DNA of 64,000 nucleotides from Bacilli bacterium (GTDB lineage Bacteria; Bacillota_I; Bacilli_A; RF39; UBA660): NCBI GenBank assembly GCA_022795155.1, contig JAAWGF010000001.1, positions 4,533 to 68,532 of the forward strand, read 5' to 3'. Shown piece by piece: positions 59,123 to 64,000 of this stretch (position 1 is its first letter; each line of letters starts with the position of its first letter). The notes under the pieces were generated by a model. It saw only the letters and a program-made list of their open reading frames with translations, ran no database searches and was not told where the DNA came from. The position numbers and the translations under genes were made by a program.

Positions 59123-60583
59123 ATGAAAGATCTGAGAGTAAGAAATATTCTTTATTATATAACTTTATTTTTAGCTATATTGTTTTTAGTATTTTTAGCT
59201 ATAAAACAATGTCTTAATACATCATTATGGTTTGATGAACTATTTTCAATTAGTTTTATTACTAGGCATAAACCATTTATTAATATCTTTCATATTTTTA
59301 CTTCTTATGAAGTCTATAATTTACCACTTTATTCTATATTTTTATTTTTTTCTTATCGAATTTTTAATTATACTAAGTTTTCTTTATTAATTCCCGGTAT
59401 GATTTTTTCTATTATTGGTGTGATACTTTTATTAAGGTTAATTCGTAATTATTTTGGCAAAAAGGTAGTAATTTTAATTGCGATTTTAATCGTTTGTTCA
59501 AGTTTTTTTATAACGAGTATCTTTTGGGAAATTAGATGTTATGGTTTATTATTTATGTTAAGTTCTATTTTTGTTTATAGTTATATTCGGCGCTTAGAAA
59601 AAGAGAATATCAAGAGTATAATTATTTTGGGCATAATTGGGATTTTCCTTTCTTTTACGCATTGGTTTGGTGGTATATTAATTTTATTATATTTTTTGAC
59701 AGATGTTTATCTATTTTTAAGAAAAAGAATTAATATTAAATGTTTTTTATCTTATTTTATGATTGCTATCTTTTTTATTCCTTGGATAATTTTAATTATT
59801 TTAAATCGAATTGTTGATATTTCAACTTTTTGGCTTGATATACCTAATCTTTTAAATATTATTACTAGTATATCTTATATATTTGGTTTTGGTAATAATT
59901 ATCATATTACATTTGAAATTTTGTCTTTTATTATATTTTTTTTATTAGCTTTTATTTTAATTTTTGTTTTTGATAAAAATAAATTATCAGATAAACTTAA
60001 TATTCATTATCATATGATATTAATTTTTCTAGGATTAGTATTTACTATTTATTTTTATAGTGTTTATGTTAATCCAAAGGTTTCGTTATTTAATTGTAGA
60101 TATTTTATTGTTATTCTACCTCATGGTTATTTTATTTTAGCATCTTTATTTTATAAAATATTTAATTGTAAAAAATATTTAAACTATATTTTAGTAACAG
60201 TTATTATAATACCTTTTGCCTATTTTTTATTAACTAATACCAAATCTTTTGTAAATTGGGATATTAATTATGATAAATTAGCTGATTTTTTGATACAAGA
60301 TAATGATATTTCTAATCCTAACTGTGTTGTCGTTAATAATACCAATTTTATAGAATCTGGGTTTGTTGAATTTTATTTTGAAAATAAAAATATTTCTATT
60401 CCTAATCATCATGTTAATTATATTGAACAAGATGAATTGCTAGAGTATGATATTGTATATTATATTTATGATCGTAGTCGAGGTTATAATAATATTGATT
60501 ATGATATTCAAAAATTTTTAAACAATAATTATCATTTAGTAAATTTTGATTTAGAACAATGTGTATATAAGTATGTAAAATAA
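59123..60583 (+). CDS. GT-C fold glycosyltransferase (ArnT/PMT-like)
   Basis: 486 aa with more than 10 TM segments. First-loop acidic motif LWFDELFS. Confidence 0.7.
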   Translation: MKDLRVRNILYYITLFLAILFLVFLAIKQCLNTSLWFDELFSISFITRHKPFINIFHIFTSYEVYNLPLYSIFLFFSYRIFNYTKFSLLIPGMIFSIIGVILLLRLIRNYFGKKVVILIAILIVCSSFFITSIFWEIRCYGLLFMLSSIFVYSYIRRLEKENIKSIIILGIIGIFLSFTHWFGGILILLYFLTDVYLFLRKRINIKCFLSYFMIAIFFIPWIILIILNRIVDISTFWLDIPNLLNIITSISYIFGFGNNYHITFEILSFIIFFLLAFILIFVFDKNKLSDKLNIHYHMILIFLGLVFTIYFYSVYVNPKVSLFNCRYFIVILPHGYFILASLFYKIFNCKKYLNYILVTVIIIPFAYFLLTNTKSFVNWDINYDKLADFLIQDNDISNPNCVVVNNTNFIESGFVEFYFENKNISIPNHHVNYIEQDELLEYDIVYYIYDRSRGYNNIDYDIQKFLNNNYHLVNFDLEQCVYKYVK

Positions 60584-60598
60584 ATTTTATGATTATTT

Positions 60599-60628
60599 GT
60601 ATAAAATATCTTTCTTTTAAACATTATA
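60599..60628 (+). promoter_or_regulatory. forespore-type (sigma-F/sigma-G) promoter GTATA-18-CATTATA
   Basis: Fits the B. subtilis sigma-G consensus GHATR-N18-CATNNTA. It lies 26 nt upstream of the sigG ATG, with RBS AAAGGAGA. Confidence 0.6.
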
Positions 60629-60653
60629 GGTTTGAAAGGAGATTTTTTATTAT

Positions 60654-61430
60654 ATGGCACGTCATAAAGTAGAAATATGTGGCGTGAATACTGCAAATAT
60701 TAAAGTATTAACTAATGATGAAATGGTTAATTTATTTAGAAAATATCAAAATGGCGATAAATTCGCTAAAGAAGAATTGATTAATGGTAATTTGAAATTA
60801 GTATTATCAATTTTAAAAAAATATAATAATCGAACTGATAACATGGATGATTTGTTTCAAGTAGGTTGTGTTGGCTTAATAAAAGCAATTGACAATTTTG
60901 ATTTATCTCATGAAGTTAAATTTTCAACTTATGCGGTTCCAATGATTTTAGGCGAGGTGAAACGCTATTTACGCGATAATAATAGTGTTAGAATTGCTCG
61001 TAGTATTAAAGATATTGCCTACAAGGCTTTAAAGGTAAAAGAGGAACTAACGAATGAACTAGGAAGAGAACCAACGGTAAATTTAATTGCTAAAAAATTA
61101 CAATTACCTGTTTATGATGTTAGTAATGCTTTAGACTCGATGAAAGATACAATAAGTATGTTTGAACCTATTTATAATGATGGTGGTGATACTATTTATT
61201 TAGCTGATCAATTGTCAGATAAAAAAGATGAGTATTATGATAAAGATATTAGAATATCTTTAAATTCGGCTATTCAAAATTTAAGGGATAAGGAAAAATA
61301 TATTTTAATGCAGCGGTATATTTTTGGTAAAACGCAAATGGAATTATCTGATGAATTAGGAATTTCGCAAGCCCAAATTTCTCGTTTAGAAAAAAGTGGT
61401 TTAAGTAATTTGAAAAGAATGATTTCTTAA
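60654..61430 (+). CDS. sigG: sporulation sigma factor SigG
   Basis: MARHKVEICGVNT...NGNLKLVLS...DDLFQVGCVGLIKAIDNFDLSHEVKFSTYAVPMILGEVKRYLRDNN...ISQAQISRLEK is near-collinear with B. subtilis SigG. Confidence 0.85.
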   Translation: MARHKVEICGVNTANIKVLTNDEMVNLFRKYQNGDKFAKEELINGNLKLVLSILKKYNNRTDNMDDLFQVGCVGLIKAIDNFDLSHEVKFSTYAVPMILGEVKRYLRDNNSVRIARSIKDIAYKALKVKEELTNELGREPTVNLIAKKLQLPVYDVSNALDSMKDTISMFEPIYNDGGDTIYLADQLSDKKDEYYDKDIRISLNSAIQNLRDKEKYILMQRYIFGKTQMELSDELGISQAQISRLEKSGLSNLKRMIS

Positions 61431-61488
61431 AAATTTACATTTTTATGTTTAAATGTTATAATTTACTTAGAGTTAGTGGGCGATTATA

Positions 61489-62457
61489 ATGGAAAAATTG
61501 TATTTAGTTATTCCTTGTTATAATGAGGAAGACGTGTTGGCAGAAACAAAAGATAGATTAAAAATTAAAATGACTAATTTAATAAAAAATAAAGTTATTT
61601 CAGCACACTCAAAGGTAGTATTTGTAAATGATGGTTCAATAGACAATACTTGGAATTTGATTTTAGACTTCCATAAGAAAGATAAATTATTTACAGGTAT
61701 TAATTTATCACGTAATAGGGGACACCAAAATGCTTTGTTAGCTGGTTTAATGACGGTTAAAGATGATGCTGATATGGTTATTACGCTTGATTGTGATTTG
61801 CAAGATGATATTGATGTAATTGATAAGTTTATCGAAGAATATAAAATTGGTAACGATATTGTTTATGGAGTAAGGAAATCACGAAAGAAGGATACTTTTT
61901 TTAAGCGAAATAGCGCTCTTATGTTATATAAATTAATGCGCTTGCTAGGGATTGAGATTATTTATAATCATGCTGATTACCGACTTATGAGTAAAAGGGC
62001 AATTATAGAACTTGAAAAGTTTAGAGAAGTTAATCTGTTTTTAAGAGGTATTGTGCCTTTGATTGGCTATAAGTATTCAATTGTATATTATGATAGACAA
62101 GAAAGATTTGCTGGGAAAAGTAAATACTCTTTAAAGAAAATGTTAAGTTTTGCTCTTGATGGTATTACATCTTTTACAATAAAACCAATTAGATTTATTG
62201 TTTTATTAGGGTTTGTAATTTTTCTTATAAGTATTATGATGTTAATTTATACGTTAATTAGGCATTTTTCTGGTCAAACGATTATTGGCTGGTCATCAGT
62301 TATGACATCGGTTTGGGCGATTGGTGGTTTGCAGCTTTTTTCGATTGGTATAATAGGCGAATATATCGGAAAGATTTATTTAGAAACGAAAGCTCGCCCT
62401 CGTTATATTATTGAGGAATATTTGTCAGATAAAAAAAGAAATCAAAATAGTAATTGA
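61489..62457 (+). CDS. GtrB/ArnC-like polyprenyl-phosphate sugar synthase (GT2 with two C-terminal TM segments)
   Basis: LVIPCYNEEDVL...VNDGSIDNT...LDCDLQD, plus a C-terminal TM pair and GEYIGKIY. Confidence 0.85.
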   Translation: MEKLYLVIPCYNEEDVLAETKDRLKIKMTNLIKNKVISAHSKVVFVNDGSIDNTWNLILDFHKKDKLFTGINLSRNRGHQNALLAGLMTVKDDADMVITLDCDLQDDIDVIDKFIEEYKIGNDIVYGVRKSRKKDTFFKRNSALMLYKLMRLLGIEIIYNHADYRLMSKRAIIELEKFREVNLFLRGIVPLIGYKYSIVYYDRQERFAGKSKYSLKKMLSFALDGITSFTIKPIRFIVLLGFVIFLISIMMLIYTLIRHFSGQTIIGWSSVMTSVWAIGGLQLFSIGIIGEYIGKIYLETKARPRYIIEEYLSDKKRNQNSN

Positions 62458-62508
62458 TTTCTTTTTCATATAGTTTGGGTTATAAAATATAATTTAATAG
62501 GTGGTATT

Positions 62509-62739
62509 ATGCGCTTATCAGAACTTCAAAATAAAGATGTTATTAATATGATAGATGGTAAAAAAGTTGGGAATATTATTGATATAGAAATTGAAAGTAG
62601 CGGTAAAATGACTGGTTTAATTGTTGAAAAATCAAAGTTTTTTGTATCAATGTTTTCTAATAAAAACGAATTAGCTATTAAATGGGAGCAAATAGAGAAA
62701 ATAGGTGAAGATGTAATTTTAGTTACAATTAATCTTTAG
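62509..62739 (+). CDS. YlmC/YmxH-family PRC-barrel sporulation protein
   Basis: MRLSELQNKDVINMIDGKKVGNIIDIEI... 76 aa. Confidence 0.8.
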   Translation: MRLSELQNKDVINMIDGKKVGNIIDIEIESSGKMTGLIVEKSKFFVSMFSNKNELAIKWEQIEKIGEDVILVTINL

Positions 62740-63739
62740 ATTCATCGTAAACCTTTTGATAAAAATCTTCCCACATTTTCATAACATGTTCTTTACTATA
62801 GAAATCACTAATATTTTTAGAATTTTGTATGCCTTTTTCATACATTTTTTGATTGCTACTTAATTCTTTAATAATATTTACAAATTCGTCGTTATTATTA
62901 CCTTTAAAATAATTATCAAATAAAATAACTTTGTATAAATCTAAATCTCTTAAAAGAATAGGAATTTCTGTATTAACGGTTTCTAATATTGTCATTGGAA
63001 ATAATTCATTGTATGATGGTAAGAAAAATAAATCAGCCATATTATAAATATCATTCATTTCTTCTCTTGGAATAATTCCTAGAAATTTAACATTTGATGG
63101 AGGATTTTTCATCAATTGTTTTAGTTCTTCATAGCCATCAGTAATTTTTCCAAATGAAAAACCACCACACCAAACAAATTCAATATCTGGTAATTTTTTC
63201 GCACATTCGACAAAATCTTTAACACCTTTTCTTGTTTGAACTTGTCCTGCTCCTACGACGACAAATTTAGATGTAGAAATATTATATTTTTCTCTAATTT
63301 TTATTTTTTCATCATCATTTTTTTTATAAAATTTATCTTTAGAAACATAGTTAGGTATATATATGATTTTCTCTTCAGCAATATTGTACTTTTTTAAATC
63401 TTCAATAAAAATGGGATTTACCACAACTAAATAATCGGCGTTATTATAAAAACTAATAACATATTTTTTAAAAATATTAAAAATAGGCTTTGGTAATTTT
63501 ATTGATTCATCTAAAGTATGTGGTAAAAAATGGACATAAGCAACATTAGGACATTTGCTTAATTTCATTTTTAAATAGTAATTAGGATTAATTGTATGAT
63601 GATGAATAATATCAGGTTTTTTTTTAACTATTTCTAACTTTTTTGATTCGTTTACTAGGCTTATTTGTTCTAAATAGGCACTTCCAACGCCTTGCCCATC
63701 GACTTTATCAGCCATAGATAACATTTTTATTTTTAACAT
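62729..63739 (-). CDS. family 4 (GT-B) glycosyltransferase (glycolipid/diacylglycerol glycosyltransferase-like)
   Basis: VDGQGVGSAY N-terminus and ELFPMTILETV EX7E motif. Its 3' end overlaps ylmC by 11 bp. Confidence 0.8.
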   Translation of the reverse strand: MLKIKMLSMADKVDGQGVGSAYLEQISLVNESKKLEIVKKKPDIIHHHTINPNYYLKMKLSKCPNVAYVHFLPHTLDESIKLPKPIFNIFKKYVISFYNNADYLVVVNPIFIEDLKKYNIAEEKIIYIPNYVSKDKFYKKNDDEKIKIREKYNISTSKFVVVGAGQVQTRKGVKDFVECAKKLPDIEFVWCGGFSFGKITDGYEELKQLMKNPPSNVKFLGIIPREEMNDIYNMADLFFLPSYNELFPMTILETVNTEIPILLRDLDLYKVILFDNYFKGNNNDEFVNIIKELSSNQKMYEKGIQNSKNISDFYSKEHVMKMWEDFYQKVYDESKD

Positions 63740-63867
63740 TTTTTAGTCATCTCCTTTAATAAATTATAACATCATTTATTTTTTACGTCAATTTTAGAAT
63801 CTTAAATAATATTTACATTAATATTAAAGTTTGTTATAATCTATATTAGGTTAGAAAGAGGTTTTTT

Positions 63868-64000
63868 ATGAAACATATCGTTTTAGTAATTAAGGGTTTT
63901 TTTATTGGTCTTGCTAATATAATACCAGGTGTAAGTGGGGGAACATTAGCAATTACTTTAGGCATTTATGAACAATTAATTGGTTGTATTAGTCATATTT
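63868..64000 (+). CDS. DUF368-family membrane protein (polyprenyl-phosphate transporter family), with the 3' end outside the window
   Basis: Not in the ORF track because it is truncated by the window edge. ATG 63868 follows AAAGAGG and translates to [37 protein letters not shown], the DUF368 signature. Confidence 0.75.
   Translation, partial: MKHIVLVIKGFFIGLANIIPGVSGGTLAITLGIYEQLIGCISHI

Overview
This is a very AT-rich chromosomal segment of the low-GC Gram-positive (Bacillota) type, roughly 25-30% G+C by eye. It carries about 55 genes, almost all on the + strand. Spore-former markers are present: sigG with a forespore-type promoter, ylmC/ymxH, and a SirA-like gene in Bacillus-like lexA...tkt-sirA-yneF synteny. 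In order, the window contains: the 3' end of a cysteine desulfurase, a pentapeptide-repeat protein and a thiol-redox pair; hemolysin-III; a degraded Rpn nuclease/transposase; glmS with its glmS ribozyme; and a ~13 kb Wzx/Wzy-type surface-glycan cluster (6.6-20 kb). Next come an orphan ~620-nt GC-enriched noncoding transcription unit (20.05-20.66 kb, candidate large structured RNA); recG behind a LexA-boxed promoter; and a restriction-modification island (22.9-30.3 kb). The island holds one intact single-chain nuclease-methylase-TRD enzyme, one decayed BcgI-like two-gene paralogue, repeated noncoding modules, and a small insertion bounded by 29-bp perfect direct repeats. After that: a ZIP transporter, an LCP protein, parC, two coiled-coil paralogues, HIT, a minimal sufC/sufBD/sufS operon, an RNase J with a degenerate metal motif, and lexA divergent from an SOS-boxed small membrane ORF. 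Then tkt, tgt, an AGCS transporter, cls, and a carbamoyltransferase / SxtJ-DUF5989 / SGNH / GT-C envelope-modification cluster (55-62.5 kb) interrupted by sigG. I saw no rRNA, tRNA, CRISPR array, integrase or classical IS. All coordinates and motifs were read by eye from the sequence and the ORF track, and no database search was run.
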